Origin: Pseudobdellovibrionaceae bacterium
GTDB lineage: Bacteria; Bdellovibrionota; Bdellovibrionia; Bdellovibrionales; Bdellovibrionaceae
DNA length: 21,488 bases
Assembly (NCBI GenBank): GCA_039810425.1
Contig: JBDHWW010000048.1
Span: forward strand, 1-21,488
Direction of reading: 5' to 3'
Position 1 is the stretch's first letter. Each line of letters begins with the position of its first letter. Below the pieces are notes generated by a model, which worked only from the letters and a program-made list of their open reading frames with translations, searched no databases and had not been told where the DNA came from. Positions 7,034 through 15,833 of the stretch are shown here, piece by piece. Position numbers and translations under genes: made by a program.

Positions 7034-9268
7034 ATGAAGGTAAAAAGAAGACCGAAGACAGCGCTTGGAATTGCTTCTTTGCTCACGACTCAAATTGCAC
7101 TTGCGCAGGGTTTTCCTCCTCCGCCACCAATGCCATCTATGAATAACTTTCCACCACCCCCTCCCGTCAACGTGCCGGCGGGGAACAACGAAACAACGAT
7201 CGGCCCCTCGGGCTCCGATAAACCAGGCGCTCTCAACAAAAATCAACAGAGCAAGTTTGCAAAAGCGGGCCTTGAAGACATCACAAATGAAAACTTTCCG
7301 GAAACGATTGAATCTTTCGACTTCCCGAACGTTGAAATCACGGACGTCATCAAAGCGATCTCAGAGCTCACGGGTAAAAACTTTATCATTGATCCTGGCG
7401 TGCGTGGCAAAATCACCATCGTTGCACCCTCTAAAATCACCGTTGCCGAGGCCTACAAAGCTTTCTTGTCCGCCCTCGCTATCAATGGCTTTACAGTTGT
7501 TCCAAGTGGTAGTTTCTTAAAAATCAAATCCGCAAGAAACGCGCAACGTGACAGCATCGAGACCTACTCTGGCGCCTACTATCCGAACTCGGACCAAATG
7601 ATCACCCGTATTATCCACTTAAAGCATATTCAAGCCGACCAAGTGAACCGTGACCTTCGTATTTTGTCGTCTAAAGACGGTGAAATGTCTGTTTATACGG
7701 CGACAAACTCTTTGATCCTCTCAGACTACGGTTCCAACATTGATCGCGTGATGAAAATCATCAGCCAGCTTGATGTTCCAGGCTTTGAGGACCAAATCGA
7801 AGTGATTCCGGTGAAGTACGCAAAGGCGAAAGACCTTGCTGACCTCGTTGATAAAATTGTGAATAAAGGCCAAAAAAGCACGGGCACCGCTCCTGGTTCC
7901 TTCTCCGCCGGCGTGCCGCGCTTTACCCGCTCAACCGGTGGCGCGAGTGCCCAGCAAGGAACCAGCTTTTTTATGGCTATCCCTGAAGACCGCACAAACT
8001 CCCTCATCGCGATGGGAAATAAAGCCGGTATCATCCGTTTAAAGAAATTGATCGCCCAATTGGATTTCCGCCCGCCGTCCGGCGGCTCTGGTGGCGTTTA
8101 CGTTTATTACGTAAAAAACGGCGTTGCTAAGAATATCGCGCAAACTCTTCAGGGTGTCGCGAAAGATGCGGCGCCAAAACCAATGGGCGGAAGCCTGCTG
8201 AGTCCCCTCGGTGGCAATCCGACTGCCCAGCAAGCGGAAGTCTTCGGGAGTGATGTAAAAATCCAGGCGGATGAAGCCACAAATTCACTTGTTATTACTG
8301 CAAGCAAACAAGACTACGAAACCGTTTTGCATATTTTAAAGCAGCTCGATATCGCCCGTGACCAAGTGTTTGTTGAGACCGTAATCATGGAAATGGCGAA
8401 CAGCGACGCAACAAACTGGGGCATCGGCTACTACAAGTACCAAGACGGTGCCGGTAAAGTCGGTTTCTCGAGCAATATCAGTTTGACAGATATGTTATCA
8501 CCAACAGGCGGCACAGGAGCCACTCTTGGCTTCGGCAGCGGCGATACGGTGACCGTGACAAATCCAATCGATAAGAGCTCCATCACAATCCCCAGCCTGA
8601 TCGGGTTTATCAACTTCATTAAGTCGAATACAAAAGCCAACATTCTTTCAACTCCCCAAGTTCTCGCTTTGGATAACCAAACAGCCGAGATTGAAGTGGG
8701 TGATAAAGTTCCTGTCAGCATCAACTCGACGACAAATGCAGCCGGCCAGATCACGAACTCCGCAAACTTCGAAGAAGCGACGATTAAGCTCACAATTAAG
8801 CCATTTATCAGCCCGGCCTCTGAAACAATCCGCATGGAAGTGGATCAAAAAATCAAGCAGTTGACCCAGGTTGCGGCTTTGCCTAAGAATCTTTCTGACA
8901 ATTCCCAGCCTTTGGCGACTCGTAACATCAAAACAACCCTCGTAATCAAAAACGAAGACACTGCCGTGTTGGGTGGTTTAATTCGCGACCGCGATTCTGA
9001 AACAGTTTCTAAGGTGCCTCTCTTGGGGGACCTGCCAATCATTGGCTGGTTGTTTAAAAGCCGCCAATCGACGAAAGAGAAAGTGAACCTCTTGGTGTTC
9101 TTAACCCCGAAGATCATTCGCAATCCGGCGGACCAAAAATCAGTCGTAGATCGCAAACTTGGTGAGCGCTTGAAGCATATTAAAGCTCAAGGCGGCAACG
9201 ATCCTTTTGGTGGTACTGTTGACAGACTTGGCAAAAAGACGTCGCAAGTGATTGACGATAACGAGTAA
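7034..9268 (+). CDS. gspD: Type II secretion secretin GspD
   Basis: N0 motif FPNVEI.DVIK.ISELTGKNFIIDPGVRGKITI; N-domain TNSL repeats; QVFVE; ILSTP...LDNQTAEIEVG; secretin signature GGLI...SKVPLLGDLPIIGWLF. ATG 7034 is preferred over GTG 7025 on SD spacing. Confidence 0.97.
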   Translation: MKVKRRPKTALGIASLLTTQIALAQGFPPPPPMPSMNNFPPPPPVNVPAGNNETTIGPSGSDKPGALNKNQQSKFAKAGLEDITNENFPETIESFDFPNVEITDVIKAISELTGKNFIIDPGVRGKITIVAPSKITVAEAYKAFLSALAINGFTVVPSGSFLKIKSARNAQRDSIETYSGAYYPNSDQMITRIIHLKHIQADQVNRDLRILSSKDGEMSVYTATNSLILSDYGSNIDRVMKIISQLDVPGFEDQIEVIPVKYAKAKDLADLVDKIVNKGQKSTGTAPGSFSAGVPRFTRSTGGASAQQGTSFFMAIPEDRTNSLIAMGNKAGIIRLKKLIAQLDFRPPSGGSGGVYVYYVKNGVAKNIAQTLQGVAKDAAPKPMGGSLLSPLGGNPTAQQAEVFGSDVKIQADEATNSLVITASKQDYETVLHILKQLDIARDQVFVETVIMEMANSDATNWGIGYYKYQDGAGKVGFSSNISLTDMLSPTGGTGATLGFGSGDTVTVTNPIDKSSITIPSLIGFINFIKSNTKANILSTPQVLALDNQTAEIEVGDKVPVSINSTTNAAGQITNSANFEEATIKLTIKPFISPASETIRMEVDQKIKQLTQVAALPKNLSDNSQPLATRNIKTTLVIKNEDTAVLGGLIRDRDSETVSKVPLLGDLPIIGWLFKSRQSTKEKVNLLVFLTPKIIRNPADQKSVVDRKLGERLKHIKAQGGNDPFGGTVDRLGKKTSQVIDDNE

Positions 9269-9282
9269 CGGAGTAGACCCTG

Positions 9283-10977
9283 ATGGCTTCAATGGATATT
9301 TCAAGTATTCTGCAAAAGAGTACTTCACTCACGAATGACCAGATCAAGTCGATTCTGAAGAATCCTTCGGTCTTGCGTCCCGTGAGTGTCGGCGAGGCTC
9401 TTTCCCATAAAGAATACTCCACCGCCGACGAACTTCTCGGCGATCTCTGCAAAGAGATGGGGCTTGATTTCATTAAAGACATTCCCGTGAACGACATCTC
9501 TGCGGACCTCGTTCGTGATATTCCCATCAACTACGCGAAAACCAACTCGGTCCTCCCCTACAAAGATGAGGCCGAAGCGGTGACGGCCCTGACCAGCAAC
9601 CCGCTCAATCTCAAGGCCATGGACGACCTTCGCGTCCTCTTTGGGAAAAAGATTAAGCCCCTGATCACAACAAACTCAAAAATCCAAGACGCCATCAACC
9701 GCGTCTATGAAAAGTCCACTGCGAATCTTTCAGGCCTTGATGAAATTGAAGCTGAAGATTATGACCTCGAAGAATCAACGATCGATCTTCTCGAGGCTGG
9801 CGAAGACGATGCGCCGGTGATTAAGCTGGTGAATAGCCTTCTTTTCCGTGCGGTCAAAGAAAAAGCGTCCGATATCCACGTAGAACCTTATGAAAAAGAC
9901 ATCGTCGTGCGCTTCCGCATCGACGGTATATTGTTCGACATTTTCAAGCCGCCTAAAAAATTACAAAACGCGATCACATCCCGTATCAAAGTTATGGCGA
10001 ACTTAAACATCGCTGAGAAGCGATTGCCTCAGGACGGCCGCATCCCGCTGAAAGTCGGCGGAAAAGATATTGATATTCGTCTTTCCACCGTACCCACCGC
10101 TTTCGGTGAGCGCGTGGTCATGCGTCTTCAAGATAGATCCAACGTCGTTCTCGAACTCGAACAATTGGGCTTCTCTCCGGACACCTTGAAAAAACTGGAC
10201 GGCGACTTGCTGCTGAGAACCTACGGGATCTTGCTCGTCACCGGTCCGACCGGCTCCGGTAAGTCGACGACGCTTTATGGTTGTCTTAGTAAATTGAATC
10301 AACCCGACGTCAACATCCTGACAGTCGAAGATCCGGTGGAACAACGTATTCATGGAATCGGCCAGGTGCAGGTCAATGCGAAGATCGGTTTGACGTTCTC
10401 CTCGGGCTTGCGGTCCTTCCTTCGTCAAGACCCTGACATCATCATGGTCGGTGAGATTCGTGACTTGGAAACAGCCGAGCTCGCAATCACCTCGTCGATG
10501 ACGGGTCACTTGGTTTTATCCACACTGCATACGAATGACGCCGCCGGCGCCTTCCCACGTTTATTTGACATCGGGGTTGAGCCTTTCTTGATTGCAACGT
10601 CGATTTTGGGTGTCGTTGCGCAACGTCTCGTGCGCGTTCTCTGCCCGCACTGCAAAGTGCCTTATGAGCCTTCGGATTTTGAAATCAACGCTCTGGGCGT
10701 GACTCGCACGCAAGTCCAGGAAGGCAACGTCTGCAAAGCGGTGGGTTGCAACCACTGTAATCAAAAAGGTTATCTCGGCCGAAGCGTTATTCAAGAACTG
10801 CTGGTCGTCAATGACGATATCCGTTCTTTAATTTTGCAACGCAAAGACGGTAACACTATTAAACGTCAGGCTGTGGGCGGCGGAATGAAAACTTTCCGTG
10901 ACCATGGTATTAGTAAAGTTCTTTCGGGCATTACGTCGATCGAGGAACTGAACGCCAACACGCAATTGGATATTTAA
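9283..10977 (+). CDS. gspE: Type II secretion ATPase GspE
   Basis: ASDIHVEP, EKRLPQDGRI, Walker A GPTGSGKS, TVEDPVE, LRQDPDIIMVGEIRD, TGHLVLSTLHTND, Zn motif CPHC...CNHC. Confidence 0.98.
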   Translation: MASMDISSILQKSTSLTNDQIKSILKNPSVLRPVSVGEALSHKEYSTADELLGDLCKEMGLDFIKDIPVNDISADLVRDIPINYAKTNSVLPYKDEAEAVTALTSNPLNLKAMDDLRVLFGKKIKPLITTNSKIQDAINRVYEKSTANLSGLDEIEAEDYDLEESTIDLLEAGEDDAPVIKLVNSLLFRAVKEKASDIHVEPYEKDIVVRFRIDGILFDIFKPPKKLQNAITSRIKVMANLNIAEKRLPQDGRIPLKVGGKDIDIRLSTVPTAFGERVVMRLQDRSNVVLELEQLGFSPDTLKKLDGDLLLRTYGILLVTGPTGSGKSTTLYGCLSKLNQPDVNILTVEDPVEQRIHGIGQVQVNAKIGLTFSSGLRSFLRQDPDIIMVGEIRDLETAELAITSSMTGHLVLSTLHTNDAAGAFPRLFDIGVEPFLIATSILGVVAQRLVRVLCPHCKVPYEPSDFEINALGVTRTQVQEGNVCKAVGCNHCNQKGYLGRSVIQELLVVNDDIRSLILQRKDGNTIKRQAVGGGMKTFRDHGISKVLSGITSIEELNANTQLDI

Positions 10978-10979
10978 TT

Positions 10980-12197
10980 ATGCCTATCTTCGAGTACAAG
11001 GGCCTAGCCAGGGACGGAAGAAATGTTAAAGGGACTCTCGATGCCGAGAATCTTCGCGCGGCCCGTGCTCGTCTGAAAAAGGACGGCATCTTCGTCACTG
11101 AAATCCGCGATAAGAAAAAAGGTACTGCGACAAAAAAACGCGGTGGCGGCAATCGTGGCAAGGCCTCGGTTCAAGAGCTTTCTTTGATGACCCGTCAGTT
11201 GGCCGTGCTCGTCAAAGCGAACATTCCCCTCGTGGATTGCTTGACGGCAGTTTCGGAGCAAGTAGAAAACCCTGTGCTTGCCGAAGCGATTGCCGACTGT
11301 AAGAACATGGTCAACGAAGGCAGTCCGTTCTACAAAGCTCTCGCAAAGTATCCGAACCTGTTTGATAAGATTTATATCTCGATGGTGGAAGCCGGGGAAA
11401 TGTCCGGAAGCCTCGATGTCATCCTCGTGCGCCTCGCCGAATTTACCGAGGCTGCGGCAGAATTGCGCTCGAAAGTCAGCAGCGCGATGACCTACCCGAT
11501 CATCATGCTCGTGGTCACTTTTGGCTTGCTGTCGTTGATGTTCATCTTCGTCATTCCAAAAATGGTGACAGTGTTTGAGTCCGCACCGGGTCTGACGTTG
11601 CCGTGGTACACTGTTGTGCTTATAAATATCAGTACCTTTATGGTGAACTACTGGTACCTTGTGTTTGGCCTCCTGTTCATGATTTATATGATTTTCAACA
11701 GCTGGAAAAAATCGCCCAGCGGCGCTGAACAATGGGATGGCATCTCATTGAACCTTCCGATCGCGGGACCGGTCGTTAGAATGGTGGCGGTTTCACGCTT
11801 CACCAGAACTCTGTCGACGCTCTTAACGGGTGGTGTGCCGATGTTGCAAGCTCTCGACATCGTCCGTAACGTTGTGGACAATCACGTTCTTGCTTTAGCT
11901 ATTGATGATGCCCGCAGCAATATCAGCGAAGGGGAATCTATCGCAGGACCCCTAAAAAAATCGGGCCAGTTTCCGCCAATTGTGATTCACATGGTCAATA
12001 TCGGCGAAAAAACCGGTGAGCTTGAAACCATGCTGAGCCAGGTCTCAGACGCTTATGATTTCCAGGTTAAAAATAAAGTCGACGGGCTAACGGGTTTAAT
12101 GGGTCCAGTCGTCATTGTGATCATGGGTCTGGTTATTGCGACGATTGTGTTCTCCGTGATGTTACCTATGTTTGACATGACTAGTGCCTTTGGCTAA
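10980..12197 (+). CDS. gspF: Type II secretion inner-membrane platform protein GspF
   Basis: MPIFEYKG start, TRQLA.L, AGEMSGSL, AMTYP, RF.RTL.TLL.GGVP, GEKTGEL; three TM segments. Confidence 0.97.
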   Translation: MPIFEYKGLARDGRNVKGTLDAENLRAARARLKKDGIFVTEIRDKKKGTATKKRGGGNRGKASVQELSLMTRQLAVLVKANIPLVDCLTAVSEQVENPVLAEAIADCKNMVNEGSPFYKALAKYPNLFDKIYISMVEAGEMSGSLDVILVRLAEFTEAAAELRSKVSSAMTYPIIMLVVTFGLLSLMFIFVIPKMVTVFESAPGLTLPWYTVVLINISTFMVNYWYLVFGLLFMIYMIFNSWKKSPSGAEQWDGISLNLPIAGPVVRMVAVSRFTRTLSTLLTGGVPMLQALDIVRNVVDNHVLALAIDDARSNISEGESIAGPLKKSGQFPPIVIHMVNIGEKTGELETMLSQVSDAYDFQVKNKVDGLTGLMGPVVIVIMGLVIATIVFSVMLPMFDMTSAFG

Positions 12198-12231
12198 AGT
12201 CATCTTCTGAACTCATGCGGAGGCTAATACA

Positions 12232-12657
12232 ATGATTTCGAACTCTTCAAACAAGTCTTTCTTGGACAACCAAAAAGGTATGACTCTGATTGAGATCATG
12301 ATCGTCATCGCGATTCTTGGTGGTTTAATGGCACTCTTGGCGCCAAAATTCTTGGGCCAAAAAGATAAAGCCAACGTTGGCCAAGCAAAGATCCAGATGG
12401 GTCAAATAGCGAATGCGCTAAGCATGTACTACAACGACTGCGGTAAATTCCCTGCCTCTTTGGACAACTTAATACAACAAGATGCCAACTGTGCGAACTG
12501 GGGCCCGGAGCCTTACTTGAAAAAAGACCAAATCGACCCTTGGGGAAATCACTACGTTTATGAATTGAATGGTGGCGATTACACTCTGAAATGCCTTGGT
12601 AAAGACGGGCGCGAGGGCGGCACTGGATTTAATGCGGATATTCAGTACGAGCAATAA
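12232..12657 (+). CDS. gspG: Major pseudopilin GspG
   Basis: Prepilin motif QKG|MTLIEIMIV, DPWGN.Y.Y and the C-terminal Ca-binding-type loop LGKDGREGGTGFNADI; GGAGG SD. Confidence 0.95.
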   Translation: MISNSSNKSFLDNQKGMTLIEIMIVIAILGGLMALLAPKFLGQKDKANVGQAKIQMGQIANALSMYYNDCGKFPASLDNLIQQDANCANWGPEPYLKKDQIDPWGNHYVYELNGGDYTLKCLGKDGREGGTGFNADIQYEQ

Positions 12658-12672
12658 ACTCTAAGGAGTTTC

Positions 12673-13266
12673 ATGAATAAAAGGGGCTTCACCCTCATTG
12701 AAGTCATGATCGTGATCGCTATTATTGCCGGTCTGATTGCCGTGGGAGCTCCCCGCCTTCTTAAAAAAGACACCAATATCAAAACCGTGGCACGTCAGCT
12801 CACGGTTCTCGTCAAAGAAGTCCGCAACCAAGCAAAACTTTTTAATTCCACTTACCGCATCGTCATCCGCATGGAGCAAGGTCAAGAGTCTTGGTGGGTT
12901 GAAAAAGCCAGCGGCCCGACTCTGATCGACCCTGAAAAACTAAAAGAAGATTATGAAGGCAAAAGTAAAAAAGACGATAAAGACAAAGATGCTCCTCCGC
13001 CGCTTTTCCAAATAGACAAAAGGTTGTCGAAGAAGGAAAAAACCCTTCCGCCAAATCTGCACTTCAAACAAGTAGAAACCATCAATATGTCTCAGCCCGT
13101 CACAAGTGGGCTTGCGTATATTCATTTCTTTCCAGAAGGCCTTCTCGAGGCTTCTGCCATTCAAATCACCGACAACAAAAACACCTGGACGCTTGTCTTT
13201 AACCCCCTAACAGGTCAAGCTGATATTGTTGAAAAAGAAACCAGCTTAAAGGATATAAGTCGGTGA
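12673..13266 (+). CDS. gspH: Minor pseudopilin GspH-like
   Basis: KRG|FTLIEVMIV; I.FFPEG and V.NPLTG motifs of the GspH/FimT type; AAGGAG SD; position after gspG. Confidence 0.85.
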   Translation: MNKRGFTLIEVMIVIAIIAGLIAVGAPRLLKKDTNIKTVARQLTVLVKEVRNQAKLFNSTYRIVIRMEQGQESWWVEKASGPTLIDPEKLKEDYEGKSKKDDKDKDAPPPLFQIDKRLSKKEKTLPPNLHFKQVETINMSQPVTSGLAYIHFFPEGLLEASAIQITDNKNTWTLVFNPLTGQADIVEKETSLKDISR

Positions 13267-13790
13267 CCGAAAACAGAAACGGCTTCACGTTGCTAGAGAC
13301 ACTGCTCGCGGTAGTGATTCTCTCTATGGGTATTTTGCTCTTGACCCAGTCATGGAGCGGAAGTTTTTTGCGTATTCGAAAGACGCAGCTGAATCAAGAC
13401 GTCGCCGCTTTGCTTGAGCGCAAAATGAATGAAATCGACCTTGAGTTCCGCGACAAACCCCTAGATACCATTCCCGAGGAAAAAGAAGACGACTTTGGAT
13501 CCGAATATCCACAGTACAAATGGAAGATGATCTCACGCGAGTTCCAGATGCCGAACATGTCTTCAATCCTGATGCAGCAAGATGGCGGCGCCAACGACAT
13601 GATGATGATGATGATTCAGCAACTCACTGAGCATCTGTCTAAAACCATCAAGGAAGTTAAAGTCAGCGTGATCTATACCGGTGGCAAGAAACCGCTGGAG
13701 TATTCGATCGTCACGTATTTTGTCGATTACAATAAGCCGTTGGCTATCGGCGGATCCACGGGTGCCGCGCCGGGCGGGGCAGGTCCATAG
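13263..13790 (+). CDS. gspI: Minor pseudopilin GspI-like
   Basis: NG|FTLLETLLAVVIL prepilin motif; GTGA overlap with the gspH stop; operon position. Confidence 0.8.
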   Translation: MTENRNGFTLLETLLAVVILSMGILLLTQSWSGSFLRIRKTQLNQDVAALLERKMNEIDLEFRDKPLDTIPEEKEDDFGSEYPQYKWKMISREFQMPNMSSILMQQDGGANDMMMMMIQQLTEHLSKTIKEVKVSVIYTGGKKPLEYSIVTYFVDYNKPLAIGGSTGAAPGGAGP

Positions 13791-14623
13791 TGGCTTCTTC
13801 CCGTCTGTTCTCACGGCAGGGTTTTACTCTCATCGAGATGATGATCACGGTGGCCATTCTTGGAACACTGACCGTGCTTGCAACTCAAAGTATTCAACAA
13901 GCCATCCGTCAGAAAGTAAAAATCCAGGAACAGATCGACGATGTCTCGCGTATGCGCGACGCTCTTCGTTTGATGGAAGCTGACATTAACCAAGCTTATC
14001 ACTATCGCGACATTGAAAAGGAAATCACGGCGTTGGTGAATAAGCCGCAGCAGGCTGCGAATTCGCCGCCGGGAATGCCAACGCCGATTCCGATTCAAAC
14101 ACCGACGCCTCCGCCGAATCCGGACGAAGCAACTCGCATGGACCCGACCACTCAGTTCATGGGCACCGACAACACTGTCGACTTCGTCACAATGAACAAT
14201 GCGCGGATGATGCGCAACTTGAAACAAGCCGACTTCATGGAGGTCGGTTACTCGCTGAAGTCCTGCAAAAGCCTGACAGGCGATAGAGGCTCTTCGCAGT
14301 GTTTATGGCGCAGAACCACAAGCTGGGTGGATGACGATGTCACCAAAGGTGGCGATGAGGTTGTGTTGTTGGAAAATATCACCGAGTTCAAATTACGTTA
14401 CATTGGCAAAGGCAAAGAAGATTGGGTTAATGGCTGGCGCACGGACAATGGCGGCGACACCGTGACAAAAGGAAACTTTCCTGCGGCTGTTGAGATCTCG
14501 ATGACGATTGAGCATGGCACTGGCGACAAAAAGAAAAAGTATTCGATGCAGATTATTGCGCGAATCCATTTCCCGAATAACGATGAGAGCAAAAATGCAA
14601 ACAGCGCGACCAGTGGGCCTTAG
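13790..14623 (+). CDS. gspJ: Minor pseudopilin GspJ-like
   Basis: QG|FTLIEMMITVAIL; ME.DI.QA; EVGY.L; LWRR; LLENI.EF.LRY; W...W; P.AVEI. Confidence 0.87.
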   Translation: MASSRLFSRQGFTLIEMMITVAILGTLTVLATQSIQQAIRQKVKIQEQIDDVSRMRDALRLMEADINQAYHYRDIEKEITALVNKPQQAANSPPGMPTPIPIQTPTPPPNPDEATRMDPTTQFMGTDNTVDFVTMNNARMMRNLKQADFMEVGYSLKSCKSLTGDRGSSQCLWRRTTSWVDDDVTKGGDEVVLLENITEFKLRYIGKGKEDWVNGWRTDNGGDTVTKGNFPAAVEISMTIEHGTGDKKKKYSMQIIARIHFPNNDESKNANSATSGP

Positions 14624-15803
14624 GCTCCTAAAAAACAATCGCGGAATGGCCTTGATCATGGCTGTTACTTGCGTGCTTTTGATTTCTTACATCGCCATGG
14701 AAGTCTCCTACGACTCATTGGTGGAGTACAACGTCAACGTCAACTCCCTCAATCGCCTGAAGGCTTACTATGCGGCCCGTGCCGGCGTGGATTTAAGCCT
14801 GCTTCGAATTAAAACTTTCCAGCAAGCTTCGGCTCAATTTGGCAAGCAGTTGGGGGGCCAGTCGGAAATGCTGGATCAAATCTGGAAGTTTCCGTTTGCG
14901 TGGCCGGTGCCAATGCCGGACGGCTTAACCGGTGTGGACAAAGATCAGATTAAATCCGCCCTGAAGGAATCCATTATGGATGCCGCCTATGTTGTCACGA
15001 TTGAAGACGAAGGCTCGAAGTTAGATCTCAGCGACCTTGCTTCACCTTCGAAAGTTTTGGCGGAGTCCACCCGCCGCCGTTTGTTGGATATTTTCCAAAA
15101 TAAACTTAAGAGCGACCAGGAGTTTCAGCGCAAGTACGGCAACTTCCGCTTTGAAGAACTTGTAAATGCGATCACCGATTGGCAATCGAAAAACCGTACG
15201 GGCGTGGACGGCGGCGATAAGCGTTCTGGCTACAGCGGTTACCCAGAAAACTACCCGCCGAATCGCGGTTTTCGAACCTTGCAAGAGCTCCGCCTTGTGA
15301 GCGGCATGAATGAGGACTTTTACGATCTGCTGGAACCGGCCCTCACAATATACGGGATGAAAGCGATCAATCCGAATCAAGCCAGCAAGGAAATTCTTAA
15401 GTCGCTGGACCCCGAAATCACCGACGAGATCGCTGATGCCGTCATTAAGCGCCGCGAAAGTCCGAATGAGGGCGGTCCCTTTAAAAACAAAGAGGATTTC
15501 TGGGGCTTCATTACAGGCCGCGGGGCCCGCCTTGGCGCTAAAACCGAAGAGACTCCTTTGATCTTTGATAAGGTCGTGAACTTCAAAATCAGAAGCACCG
15601 GCGAGTACGCCGGAGTGTCCCGTGAGATCACGGTCATCGTGATGGATTTGCAAACAATCGCGAGTACTCTGAAGGGCTACGTCGAAAAAGAAAAACAGCA
15701 ACAACAGCAAAATCCGCAGGCAAAGCCGCAAAACCCAGCCCAAAGTCAGAGCGCAACCCTTCCCAAAGGAGCTCCAAGGATTGTATACTGGGGCGAGCGC
15801 TAA
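14595..15803 (+). CDS. gspK: Minor pseudopilin GspK
   Basis: NRG|MALIMAV lacking Glu5 (a GspK hallmark); AYYAARAG, I.DE.SKLD, AI.DW, EL.LV.G, IN.N.A. Start is probably ATG 14595 (or GTG 14613) rather than 14508. Confidence 0.9.
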   Translation: MQTARPVGLRLLKNNRGMALIMAVTCVLLISYIAMEVSYDSLVEYNVNVNSLNRLKAYYAARAGVDLSLLRIKTFQQASAQFGKQLGGQSEMLDQIWKFPFAWPVPMPDGLTGVDKDQIKSALKESIMDAAYVVTIEDEGSKLDLSDLASPSKVLAESTRRRLLDIFQNKLKSDQEFQRKYGNFRFEELVNAITDWQSKNRTGVDGGDKRSGYSGYPENYPPNRGFRTLQELRLVSGMNEDFYDLLEPALTIYGMKAINPNQASKEILKSLDPEITDEIADAVIKRRESPNEGGPFKNKEDFWGFITGRGARLGAKTEETPLIFDKVVNFKIRSTGEYAGVSREITVIVMDLQTIASTLKGYVEKEKQQQQQNPQAKPQNPAQSQSATLPKGAPRIVYWGER

Positions 15804-15833
15804 GCACTCGTAAGATTTAAAAAAAGGCGAAAA

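Noticed and set aside
11651..11660. CTGGTACCTT, a 10-bp match to the repeat inside gspF
   Set aside because: Short, lies within W-Y-L codons and does not extend; compatible with chance.
14508..14594. Extended N-terminus of gspK in the ORF track
   Set aside because: It would overlap gspJ by more than 100 bp and give an implausibly long prepilin leader.
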